From NCBI GenBank assembly GCA_021295715.1, contig JAGWBV010000001.1, forward strand, positions 22,632-86,631: a DNA stretch of 64,000 nt, written 5' to 3'. Each line of letters starts with the position of its first letter. Position 1 is the first letter of the stretch. Of the stretch, positions 9,621 through 18,529 are shown piece by piece. This DNA is from Candidatus Poribacteria bacterium (GTDB lineage Bacteria > Poribacteria > WGA-4E > WGA-3G). The notes below the pieces were generated by a model. It searched no databases. It saw only the letters and a program-made list of their open reading frames with translations, and was not told the DNA's origin. Position numbers and translations under genes: made by a program.

Positions 9621-10237
9621 TTAGATTCACCCATCGGTAAATATGGCGTTGCTCCATTCACAAACAAATCGGCTCTTTCACGAGGAAGATGCGTTTTGAT
9701 ATAGTCATCTTCTTTCGGCATCCAATCTTGTTCCCAAATAGGGCGTGCCTTTTCACCGTCTCGCGCGATGCCACGGGCAAGACGGATGGCTCTCGGACAT
9801 TCCACCCATATTTTCAAATCGTAGAGATGTGTTAACTCACGCCGCATCGTATAAACACCCTCAACAAGCACCACATCGGAAGCAGATATCGTCCGCCATT
9901 CCGCGAGAACGTCTGTCTCCCAATCGTACCGTTGGTAATGTGTTGAACGCCCCGCTTTAATAGGAGTGAGCACCTGATCGCGGAGACGCTCCCAATCGAA
10001 GTCGCTACCAATTACCCCCGCTTGTTGATTTTCACGTTGATTAGAAGGGAGGTAGAAATCATCGTGCTTAACGATGGATACGACCCAACCCAAAGTACTG
10101 AGTTTTACTTCCAACAGTCGCGCCAAAGTGCTTTTTCCAGCACCGCCAAGGCCATCGATAGCCACAAGCAGACAAACTTTTTGATGTTGGAGCATCTTCA
10201 AACAATTTACAGTGTTTGTGAGCGACTTGAAATCCAC
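9617..10237 (-). CDS. P-loop kinase, uridine-kinase-like
   Basis: Walker A GLGGAGKST, VVLVEGVY strand; about 200 aa. Confidence 0.65.
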   Translation of the reverse strand: MDFKSLTNTVNCLKMLQHQKVCLLVAIDGLGGAGKSTLARLLEVKLSTLGWVVSIVKHDDFYLPSNQRENQQAGVIGSDFDWERLRDQVLTPIKAGRSTHYQRYDWETDVLAEWRTISASDVVLVEGVYTMRRELTHLYDLKIWVECPRAIRLARGIARDGEKARPIWEQDWMPKEDDYIKTHLPRERADLFVNGATPYLPMGESK

Positions 10238-10286
10238 GTTGCGGCATTCCTACACCCGACAATTCGACTCAATCCACAGGGACGAC

Positions 10287-11453
10287 TTAAACCATCACAC
10301 TCTCTATCCATGCTTCATCAATTTCGAGACCGAAACCCGGGGCATCCGATGGAGCGACGTAGCCGTCTTTGATGACGGAAGTGCCGGGTAGCTTAACCAT
10401 TTCCTCCAGAGGAACACCCGGAGCAGAGATGCCTTCGGAGCGTTCACCCCACGTGATAGCAGGCATCGCAAATGCCAGATGCTGACCGTAGGGGTAGTTC
10501 ATGCCACCGTGCGTAATCACGTTAATCCCATTCGCCTCTGCAATGTGACAAATTTTTGCCGCCGATGTAATACCACCACACCACAAAACGTCTGGCTGGA
10601 AGATGTCAACCAATCGTCGTCCTGCTGCCTCCGCGAAGACAGTTGGTAGATACCAGTGTTCTCCTGTCGCGAGCGTTTGCCAAGGGAGGCGTTGACGCAC
10701 CGTCTCGTAGCCGACAAAATCATCGGGAGAGATGTAGTCCTCCATCCACTTCAACCCGTAAGGCTTCATCGTTTCACAGACGCGCACGGTATGCTCTATG
10801 TCAAAACCGGTCCAAGCATCCAGCATCAAGTCGACGTTATCACCAATCGCTTCCCGTGTCGTCGCTACCAATTCTTCGAGTTTCGCTAAACCTTCTTTTC
10901 CTTGCTCTGGACCCCACGGTGTGAAGAGTTTTGTGGCTTTGAATCCGAGTTCCATATACCATTCCTGATCGAAGCCAGAGGCGTAGCAGAAAATCTTTTC
11001 TTTTTGCGGTCCGCCCAGGAGTTCGTAAACCGGTCGTCCCAAAATTTTGCCTTTGAGGTCCCACAGCGCACAATCCACCGCACTGATGGCGTAACTCGTC
11101 AAGCCGGTCGCGCCAAAAGCGGCTGACAATCGCACCATCATATCCCACACCTTCTCAGTTGCCATGCAATTCTCGCCGACCAGATATGGGGCAAAGTGAT
11201 CTGAAATGATTCGGGTCACGGGACCGCCGTAAAGCGAGATGCCGAAACCCCATGTTCCGTCTTCTGCCGTTATAATGCATGCCGGACGCTTCCATTCCGA
11301 ATAGGAAACGTGTCCCTCTTTCCTGTTAAATGATGGATAACGCGTAATGGGTCGGTTCAATTGATAGGTTCCGGATCGGCTCGGTGTGCGCGGCGTTGTT
11401 GTCGGTTTCGGGTTTAGCTCGATTTCTACGACGCGGATTTCTTTAATTTTCAT
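10287..11453 (-). CDS. Enolase-superfamily sugar-acid dehydratase (L-rhamnonate dehydratase-like)
   Basis: DCALWDLKGK, LMLDAW, KWMEDY, GEHW, QPDVLWCGG barrel motifs; the N-terminal Pro/Thr-rich insertion resembles RhmD-type proteins from memory. Confidence 0.75.
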   Translation of the reverse strand: MKIKEIRVVEIELNPKPTTTPRTPSRSGTYQLNRPITRYPSFNRKEGHVSYSEWKRPACIITAEDGTWGFGISLYGGPVTRIISDHFAPYLVGENCMATEKVWDMMVRLSAAFGATGLTSYAISAVDCALWDLKGKILGRPVYELLGGPQKEKIFCYASGFDQEWYMELGFKATKLFTPWGPEQGKEGLAKLEELVATTREAIGDNVDLMLDAWTGFDIEHTVRVCETMKPYGLKWMEDYISPDDFVGYETVRQRLPWQTLATGEHWYLPTVFAEAAGRRLVDIFQPDVLWCGGITSAAKICHIAEANGINVITHGGMNYPYGQHLAFAMPAITWGERSEGISAPGVPLEEMVKLPGTSVIKDGYVAPSDAPGFGLEIDEAWIESVMV

Positions 11454-11670
11454 AGAATCCCCTTTCTATACTGGATGAAGTTGCAGATACAGCAACTCTA
11501 CTGATTATGGTGGCTTGACGAACCCAAACGGCCATAACCCTGAAATGTTCAAGTTTAATATACACCATCTTCAGAGAAACGGCAACGGAGAAATTCGTGA
11601 GAGACGGATTTCGCCAAATAGGTTAGGAAAGGTCAAATCTGGGATGTGATACAAATCAGGCATATTTAGG

Positions 11671-12549
11671 CTATCCGACCGAATTCCTGACCCGTTGGTA
11701 GGCGCGCCCAATTTTAAAAACAAGAAGTCCAAACTCAATCTTCTCTGTAATCGCAGCATCATCTGTCTGATAGTGGTTCAGAACCATATCAATAACCTTT
11801 TTGGCAACAATACCATCAGGCGGTAAATCTGAGTACATCTCTATAGCGAATTCAGATAGATCTATCGCTGGATCGTGCAGCAAGGCATCAGCGAAATCAA
11901 TAATGGCAAGTTGTTCAAGATCTTCCTGTACAAAAAACAGGTGGTTTATTTGGAGATCTGTGTGAACGACAGCCCATCTCTGGTCTAAGGAGTCCTGCAG
12001 ATTTTCCAGTTTTTCATTCCATCGGCTTGTATAGATTTCCGTGGTATTTTCTGCAATAACCGCGAGTTGTTGCCTTGTGTCACGAATTGCCACTGCGAAA
12101 GGATCGGCAGCGCGTGGGATGTGGTGTAATACCTCGTCCGGGAATTTGTGCCTGTGCAGAAAGGTGAGGGAAGTCCCAAGAGATTTGCCAAAGGATTCTA
12201 ATTCTCCAGCGGTAAATGTCTCAAGTGCTTCTATGGGTAGTGAAGAGCCGTTGATTCTTGAAAATATCGCATAGAATCCTTGATCGTGTACCATGATCGG
12301 TTTAGCGACAGTGAAAGGCATTGATAATGAGTGCAGGTATTCTGTGAGTTTAACTTCTTTTAGAAGCCTGGTTCGGTAGGCGTTGCGCGCAATCTTGAGG
12401 ATAGCATTGTCGCGGTAGTAGAAGGTAAAATTATCACCACCGCGGTGGCGTTTGGATATAGGTTTTATATCTTCAATAAGTATATCTGTAGCGAATCTTT
12501 TAAGAAAATCACACACATTTTCTGCTGTAATCTCAGTTGTTGGATTCAT
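11671..12549 (-). CDS. Aminoglycoside/choline-kinase-type phosphotransferase (APH family)
   Basis: Catalytic loop VVHTDLQINHLFF and IIDFADA (HxDxxxxN...D). Confidence 0.75.
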   Translation of the reverse strand: MNPTTEITAENVCDFLKRFATDILIEDIKPISKRHRGGDNFTFYYRDNAILKIARNAYRTRLLKEVKLTEYLHSLSMPFTVAKPIMVHDQGFYAIFSRINGSSLPIEALETFTAGELESFGKSLGTSLTFLHRHKFPDEVLHHIPRAADPFAVAIRDTRQQLAVIAENTTEIYTSRWNEKLENLQDSLDQRWAVVHTDLQINHLFFVQEDLEQLAIIDFADALLHDPAIDLSEFAIEMYSDLPPDGIVAKKVIDMVLNHYQTDDAAITEKIEFGLLVFKIGRAYQRVRNSVG

Positions 12550-12644
12550 TAGAGCACCTCTACATCGAATAAGCGAGAACGATAGTTGAGCTCGCGTTTG
12601 AATGAAGGCAAACCTTACGAAGTTTGGCCATTTCCGTCCATCAA

Positions 12645-13586
12645 TTAGAGTTCAGCAGACTTGATGTTCCCCAAAATTCGCTCTAACACCCCTCGCACTT
12701 CCTGATGTTTTTCGTCCGTATGTGAAATAGCAGGCGTTCGGAGTCGGTGGTTCGGATAGAGACCGTGAAGATGGAGTGCCGATTTGATGCTCGGTAGCCA
12801 CTCCAACTTCGTTGCAGTCTTGAGCCAAGGTTCCTCAGAGCGAAACACAATCTCCCGGGCATCATCGTCCCGTCTTGTGGTTAAGGCATTATAGAATTCC
12901 AAGGCAATGTCTGGTCGGAAGGGAGCGATGGTGCAGAGATACGCCGTAGAACCGATCGGGTAGCCAAACATGAAATTGCGCATCTGCCCACCACTAATCA
13001 CCGCAAAATTCTCGTCAACGGTTGCACGAATGATGTCATAGTAAGCGTAGAACGGATGACCGTCGTTCTTGATGCCGACCACTTCCTGACGTTTGGCTAA
13101 CTCGGCAACGATGTCCACAGGATAAGGATCTTGCCATGCTCCCCAAACCAACAAAGGCATCGGCGCGGCATCCTGAATGCTATCGAAATAGCCAACGATA
13201 ACCTCGCGCTTCACACCTAATCCGGGGTGAAGCTGGACCTTGACAGCGTCTACGCCTGCAGCATCGCAGTGTTTCAAAAACCCTCGGCACTGTCCGGGGT
13301 GCCACCAACCCGTTGAAGCAATGAACAGCGAGCGACCTGATATTTCCTCTGCCAGTTCCGCAGTCAACCGCCAGATTTCTTGGTCTGTCAGACTACAGAA
13401 TTCGCTACTACCATACGTGAGAAGTATGACTGGGACATCCTGCTCACACAACCAGTTGACGTATTTCCGCATTGCGCCAATATCCAGCGAATCATCGTCG
13501 CCAAAACAGGTATTCACCGGCACAACGGGACCTTTCAACTGTTCCACCACACGAATCGCTCGCTTCATAAGGGCTTCTCCACTCAA
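12645..13586 (-). CDS. Dihydrodipicolinate synthase/N-acetylneuraminate lyase family class I aldolase
   Basis: TYGSSEF (GTTGE-like) motif, candidate Schiff-base Lys in VVGIKNDG; 4-nt overlap with the NUDIX gene. Confidence 0.7.
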   Translation of the reverse strand: MSGEALMKRAIRVVEQLKGPVVPVNTCFGDDDSLDIGAMRKYVNWLCEQDVPVILLTYGSSEFCSLTDQEIWRLTAELAEEISGRSLFIASTGWWHPGQCRGFLKHCDAAGVDAVKVQLHPGLGVKREVIVGYFDSIQDAAPMPLLVWGAWQDPYPVDIVAELAKRQEVVGIKNDGHPFYAYYDIIRATVDENFAVISGGQMRNFMFGYPIGSTAYLCTIAPFRPDIALEFYNALTTRRDDDAREIVFRSEEPWLKTATKLEWLPSIKSALHLHGLYPNHRLRTPAISHTDEKHQEVRGVLERILGNIKSAEL

Positions 13587-13999
13587 ATTGGTAAGGGACA
13601 GATTTTCTCAAAAAATTCAGGAATTGTCAACAAACCCGCAGTCCATAGAAACACTCTATCTCGTTCTGTGAGTTCGTTTAGACAAACCCACGCCACGTCC
13701 ACAAGAACCTGATTCTCTTTTAGTTCGGGATCGCTCCCTAAGGACACTGCCTGCGTGCCTATTTCTACCAAATAAGTGTAGTATTGATCATTAGGTGCAA
13801 AAGTAACAACAGATGTTGGGCGGATTATAGTGCCTTCGACACGGCACTCTTCCCGAAGTTCTCTCAGCGCGGCTTGTTCAGGCGTTTCACCTGCTTCGAT
13901 ACGTCCACCGGGAAGGCACCACCATTCTTCTCCTTCGTGACGGTGCTTGACCATTAGAATTCTTTTCTGCCTGTGAACGAGACACTGTACACGCGACAT
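13583..13999 (-). CDS. NUDIX hydrolase
   Basis: Nudix box GGRIEAGETPEQAALRELREECRVEG. Confidence 0.85.
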   Translation of the reverse strand: MSRVQCLVHRQKRILMVKHRHEGEEWWCLPGGRIEAGETPEQAALRELREECRVEGTIIRPTSVVTFAPNDQYYTYLVEIGTQAVSLGSDPELKENQVLVDVAWVCLNELTERDRVFLWTAGLLTIPEFFEKICPLPI

Positions 14000-14049
14000 T
14001 CACAACTCCTTGATTAAGTATTCTGCCAAAAAACGCATGGAAATTCTCC

Positions 14050-14460
14050 TTAAAATTTCAAAATCTTGCTATACATGACTGCGTCGTTATCTCGGTAGAA
14101 ATCCTTCAAGAGAGCTTCTAATCGAAATCCTCGTGATTCGTAGAAACCTCGACCTTCCTCATTGTCTTCCTCACAAAACAGATATACCTTCCACAAGGGA
14201 TGGTTAATTTTTACAAAATATTGACGCATATCTTCAAATGCAACCTCTAATAACCGAGTCCCCCAACCTTTTCTTCTATTTTCTTCCTCAAAGATACCGG
14301 ATTCCGTAATCTCGATATTATGTCCTGATACCACGCGCCAAACGAGTTCACCCAGAATTGTTCCGTTTTCTTCCAACAAACGAACCGCACGATAGCCTTG
14401 AAGGCAATCGCTATAATGGTCTGGCATATGATTTTGTGCGTGAACAATATCAATGTACAA
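14050..14460 (-). CDS. GNAT family N-acetyltransferase
   Basis: RRKGWGTRLL motif A, FYESRGF motif B. Confidence 0.8.
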   Translation of the reverse strand: MYIDIVHAQNHMPDHYSDCLQGYRAVRLLEENGTILGELVWRVVSGHNIEITESGIFEEENRRKGWGTRLLEVAFEDMRQYFVKINHPLWKVYLFCEEDNEEGRGFYESRGFRLEALLKDFYRDNDAVMYSKILKF

Positions 14461-14497
14461 AGTCTAACCCCTCCATGTAGAGGGCGCGCTATAGGCT

Positions 14498-15391
14498 TCA
14501 TTGGTGTTCAAGTTCGCGATAAGCTTTCAGTAATGCCTCTTGAATGTTTAGAAATTCAAGGTATCCGGGTGGTAGTGGATATTTTGTTACATCAAATGGC
14601 TCAAATGGATTGTCAATCTTCCGTCTTGCAAAGGCATAAAGTGCTTTCTGTTCCGCTGTCGCTTCAGCTACCTGTTCAAACGGGATTCCACAATTGTTTC
14701 GCCACAACTGAGGTTCAACCGCATCAACCATCGCCTGAATCGGTGAAACTCGCTTTCCAAGCTTTGAATTCAGAAAGCAAGCCAACCTCTCGGCTTGTGC
14801 ACATCGGTTGTGCATAATGTCCTCATAGCCGAAAAAAAGTCGGTGTTGCACATCTTCTGTGTGCTGTAGGATAAGGGTCATTATATGTTGCCAACGCAGC
14901 AAGTTCATCGCGACAAAGGAGATACGGACTTTCGTATTAGATGGCATAATGAACTTCTGCCACGATACTGCTATGTCGAGAGGATTGCGAACCGTGATTA
15001 TGTAAATCGCATCGCCCCATATCTGTTTCCAAAACGGCAAAAAATGGCTCAGTGCCGGATCTTTCCAAAACCAAGGACCCTCTTTGTGCATTTCAGCCAT
15101 CAGTTCAATGGCTTTCTTTTTGGACGTAGGGTCAGCGGCTTTTTTTGCAATTCGGTGTTGGAAGTCGCTATCCCACCAAGTCGCTCCCGTATCAAAATCC
15201 CCTAATTCAGCAAGCAGATCCCATAGGGGCAGAAACTCCCAATAGCCTTTGGGGGCATGTGCATCAGCCTGATGTAACTTTTCGGAAGGACCCGCGTAAG
15301 CACCCCATCTGTGCACCATCTCAGCGACGACAGATGTTCCACTGCGCTCAACACCGAGCACAATAATAGGATGATTTTCGGGGTTAATCAT
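14498..15391 (-). CDS. Sulfotransferase family protein
   Basis: N-terminal PAPS 5'-phosphosulfate-binding loop GVERSGTSVV; 297 aa. Confidence 0.7.
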   Translation of the reverse strand: MINPENHPIIVLGVERSGTSVVAEMVHRWGAYAGPSEKLHQADAHAPKGYWEFLPLWDLLAELGDFDTGATWWDSDFQHRIAKKAADPTSKKKAIELMAEMHKEGPWFWKDPALSHFLPFWKQIWGDAIYIITVRNPLDIAVSWQKFIMPSNTKVRISFVAMNLLRWQHIMTLILQHTEDVQHRLFFGYEDIMHNRCAQAERLACFLNSKLGKRVSPIQAMVDAVEPQLWRNNCGIPFEQVAEATAEQKALYAFARRKIDNPFEPFDVTKYPLPPGYLEFLNIQEALLKAYRELEHQ

Positions 15392-15636
15392 TTGAACGTT
15401 CTCAAATCTTTAGCCAATGACAGGTAATACCAACGTATGTTGTGCGATTTTTCTTGCGCGAAACTATTTTTCTCTGTATGATAAAGATTTATGAAGATAC
15501 TGTTTATCTTTTGAAGTGGTGCTTGTTGAAAGTATAGCATCTTTGGTTGTTTTTCTCTATCAAAAACTGTGTCTCTACTTTCCGCCACTAAAGGGGCGGA
15601 ATGCAGGGCAATGAACAGTACATAAGGAGATAAGAG

Positions 15637-16392
15637 GTGTACAGAATAAGCGTTATTGTAGTTTTTGCCGTTGCTATGAGCCTTTGCTCTACAAGTGTGT
15701 TTGCAGTGGATCTTGCGGAAGGACTCGTCGGTTACTGGCCCCTTGATGGCAATGGAAATGACGAATCAGGCAACAGAAACGATGCCAATTTGGAAAAAGG
15801 CGCGAAATGGTCCGACGACGGTTGGGTGAACGGTGCCGTTGAATTCGACGGTGGTGGTGGACATGCTGTTGTTGATGATACGTTTGAGTTAACAACGACC
15901 GCAATCACGGTGATCGCCCGAATTAACGGCTGGAAAACGATAGATTGGTCAGGAATTGTCGTCGGTCGAAGTGATCCAGCATCGTGGTGGATGGGGGTCG
16001 CCGCGAACAACACCCTAACCTATGTATGGAACAACAACTCCGCACTGACGTGGAACTGGCAAGGCGCACCAGAAATCCCGGAAAATAAATGGGCGTTGGT
16101 CGCAATAGCGATTGAACCTGATAAAGCAACGAGTTACATTTATCACAGAGCGACTGATAAACTCGATTCTGAGGTAAACGACATTCCCCATATCGAACAA
16201 ACAGTCAAAAACTTAAAGTTCGGATGGGATGAATGCTGTGGTGCCAGATACTTCAAAGGGTTGATCGATGAAGTGATGATCTATGACCGAACATTGGGTG
16301 CCGACGACCTCAAAAGGCTCGCAACCATCGGACTGCCTGTTGAAAGTAAAGGGAAACTCGCGGTCACCTGGGCAACACTGAAACAAAATTAG
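15637..16392 (+). CDS. Secreted LamG (laminin-G/concanavalin-like) domain protein with conserved C-terminal tail
   Basis: Signal peptide MYRISVIVVFAVAMSLCSTSVFA; LVGYWPLDGN, GAVEFDG, LIDEVMIYDRTL; GTG start with aaggag SD; tail KLAVTWATLKQN. Confidence 0.75.
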   Translation: MYRISVIVVFAVAMSLCSTSVFAVDLAEGLVGYWPLDGNGNDESGNRNDANLEKGAKWSDDGWVNGAVEFDGGGGHAVVDDTFELTTTAITVIARINGWKTIDWSGIVVGRSDPASWWMGVAANNTLTYVWNNNSALTWNWQGAPEIPENKWALVAIAIEPDKATSYIYHRATDKLDSEVNDIPHIEQTVKNLKFGWDECCGARYFKGLIDEVMIYDRTLGADDLKRLATIGLPVESKGKLAVTWATLKQN

Positions 16393-16480
16393 ACGAAATA
16401 TCGGAGTTTCCTCCTATATTGGAAACGTAGCCTGCAACAACGGCGCAGACGACTCGTGAGGCAGGCACGCCAAAGTTCTA

Positions 16481-16505
16481 GGGGAAACACCCAAGCAAAA
16501 ACACC
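16481..16505 (-). repeat. A-box dispersed repeat, inverted copy
   Basis: ggggaaacacccaagcaaaaacacc is the reverse complement of ggtgtttttgcttgggtgtttcccc. Confidence 0.75.
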
Positions 16506-16517
16506 TACGTTGTTCTT

Positions 16518-16559
16518 CCGCAAGGAAAAATTAAAAATCCGTAAGGAAAAATTAAAATT
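16518..16559 (+). repeat. Tandem 21-nt duplication of the SD/start module directly upstream of the ABC gene
   Basis: ccgcaaggaaaaattaaaaat followed by ccgtaaggaaaaattaaaatt, running into the TTG start. Confidence 0.75.
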
Positions 16560-18298
16560 TGGAAAAAGTATCTTTCAGGCAATACGCTGCACTCCTTTCA
16601 CAGTATCTGAAACCCCAGTGGATACGCGTGACGTTGCTCGCGCTCTTCATGTTTACTGGGATCGGTCTCGGTTTACTGAATCCACAAATTCTCCGCTATT
16701 TCATTGATACCGCAGAAGCCGGAGGCGAAACACGAAGCCTCATCATCGCAGGCGGTGCCTTCTTCGCAGTAGGGTTCCTTGGACAAGTGGTGATGTTAAT
16801 CGATACTTATTTAGCACAAGACATTGGCTGGCGAGCGACGAATCAGATGCGCGGTGACCTCGCGCATCATTGTCTACAACTCGACATGTCCTTCCATCAC
16901 GAGTATACTCCCGGCGAGATGGTCGAGCGCGTTGACGGTGATACGGCGGCACTCTCAAATTTTTTTTCTGAATTTATACTTCAAGTGATCGGGAGTCTGT
17001 TGTTCCTTGCGGGTGTTCTGATTTTGGTGACGCGTGAAGACTGGCGTATCGGTCTCGCATTGACCTGTTTCGTGGTGATTTCTATTATAGTCTACAACCT
17101 AACCCGGAATATTGCCGTTCCCCTCTACACAGCTGAGCGAGAAGGCTATTCCAGACTGTTTGGGTTTCTCGAAGAACGGCTGACCGGTATTGAAGATCTT
17201 CGCACAAACGGCGGCATCGGCTATACCATGGATCGGTTCTACGATGTGAATCGGGATGTATACGGTCGAGTTGTCAAAGCACACGTGATGGGGGAAGTAC
17301 TCCAAACAATCAGTGGTGTCCTTTTCGCATTGGGAGTTGCGTTGACGATGGGGATGGGTATCTACCTGTATCGGCAAGACGTTTTTACAATTGGGACCGT
17401 CTACCTCGTCATCCATTACACGATGATGCTGCGAGGTCCGTTGATTATGATTAGTCGTCAGATTAACGAACTTCAACGGGCAACCGCGGGGTTGAAACGG
17501 ATCGAAGAACTCTATCGCATGACTTCCGATATTGCGGATGGCACAGAGGCACTTTCGACATCAGACGCACTTGACATTGAATTCGACCATGTTACATTTG
17601 GGTACACCGAGGATGAGTCCGTGCTGAAGGATGTTTCGTTCCAACTCGCCCCAGGAAAATCGATCGGGTTGTTGGGACGGACAGGTAGCGGCAAAACAAC
17701 AATTACCCGACTCCTGTTTCGATTCTATGAGATTAATAGTGGACAGATTCGCGTCGGAGGTAAGTCAATTGAGAAGATTCTGTTGGACGATCTGCGGAAC
17801 CGGATCGGTATGGTTACGCAGGATGTGCAACTCTTCAATGCAACGGTGCGTGAGAACTTAACGCTCTTTGATGCCGAAATCCCTGACGGTCGGATCCTGT
17901 CGGTGATTGAAGAACTCGGATTATCTGAATGGTATCAATCCCTACCGAATGGTCTTGATACACTGCTTGAGGGCACTGGACTTTCTGCAGGGGAAGCACA
18001 ATTGCTGGCATTTGCAAGGGTTTTCCTCAAAGATCCGAAAGTTGTTATCCTTGATGAGCCATCTTCAAGACTTGACCCGGCAACGGAACAGCGCATTGAT
18101 ACTGCGGTGCAGCGGTTATTGAAGGGACGCACCAGTATCATCATTGCGCATCGGCTTGGAACGGTTCAACAGGTAGACGAAATTATGATTCTCGCCAACG
18201 GAGAGATTCGGGAACATGGCGAACGCAAACGACTCGTCCAGGACCCGGATTCGCTTTTCTCGCAGTTGCTAAGGACAGGATTGGAAACTTTTAATTAA
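16559..18298 (+). CDS. ABC exporter, fused permease/ATPase (half-transporter 1)
   Basis: 6-TM exporter domain; Walker A GRTGSGKTT, signature LSAGEAQ, Walker B VVILDEPSS; TTG start. Confidence 0.9.
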   Translation: MEKVSFRQYAALLSQYLKPQWIRVTLLALFMFTGIGLGLLNPQILRYFIDTAEAGGETRSLIIAGGAFFAVGFLGQVVMLIDTYLAQDIGWRATNQMRGDLAHHCLQLDMSFHHEYTPGEMVERVDGDTAALSNFFSEFILQVIGSLLFLAGVLILVTREDWRIGLALTCFVVISIIVYNLTRNIAVPLYTAEREGYSRLFGFLEERLTGIEDLRTNGGIGYTMDRFYDVNRDVYGRVVKAHVMGEVLQTISGVLFALGVALTMGMGIYLYRQDVFTIGTVYLVIHYTMMLRGPLIMISRQINELQRATAGLKRIEELYRMTSDIADGTEALSTSDALDIEFDHVTFGYTEDESVLKDVSFQLAPGKSIGLLGRTGSGKTTITRLLFRFYEINSGQIRVGGKSIEKILLDDLRNRIGMVTQDVQLFNATVRENLTLFDAEIPDGRILSVIEELGLSEWYQSLPNGLDTLLEGTGLSAGEAQLLAFARVFLKDPKVVILDEPSSRLDPATEQRIDTAVQRLLKGRTSIIIAHRLGTVQQVDEIMILANGEIREHGERKRLVQDPDSLFSQLLRTGLETFN

Positions 18299-18392
18299 TT
18301 GTGATTGGATCCCTCTCCATTAAATTACGAGCGGGTTTTCGGTTAATTTGCGACTCGGTTTTGTCGGAGTGGGTGGAAGGTTGGGAATCGGA

Positions 18393-18416
18393 GTGTTTTT
18401 GCTGGGGTGTTTCCCC
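18393..18416 (+). repeat. A-box dispersed repeat
   Basis: gtgtttttgctggggtgtttcccc. Confidence 0.75.
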
Positions 18417-18502
18417 TCCTACACCAAGAACGTAGCCTGCAGCAACAACGGCGCAGGCGGATATATACAAACGGACACCAAAGTTCTAACTCACGTTGTT
18501 CT

Positions 18503-18529
18503 CCCGCAAGGTATAATTAAAAAATGACA
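18503..18529 (+). promoter_or_regulatory. Shared translation-initiation module (CCCGCAAGGTAWAATTAAAAAATGACA)
   Basis: cccgcaaggtataattaaaaaATGaca; differs by one substitution and one deleted nt from the copy at 32130-32155, including the first two codons. Confidence 0.7.

Noticed and set aside
7716-15391. Integron-like gene-cassette array (many small same-strand accessory genes)
   Set aside because: Intergenic gaps are mostly 0-50 nt or overlapping. No attC-like imperfect inverted repeats with RYYYAAC/GTTRRRY ends separate the genes, and there is no intI.
16456-16707. Small ORFs spanning repeat leaders (16456-16707, 30581-30826, 48803-49117, 24683-24959)
   Set aside because: They read through dispersed non-coding repeat modules, have low-complexity translations, and overlap better-supported genes or promoters.
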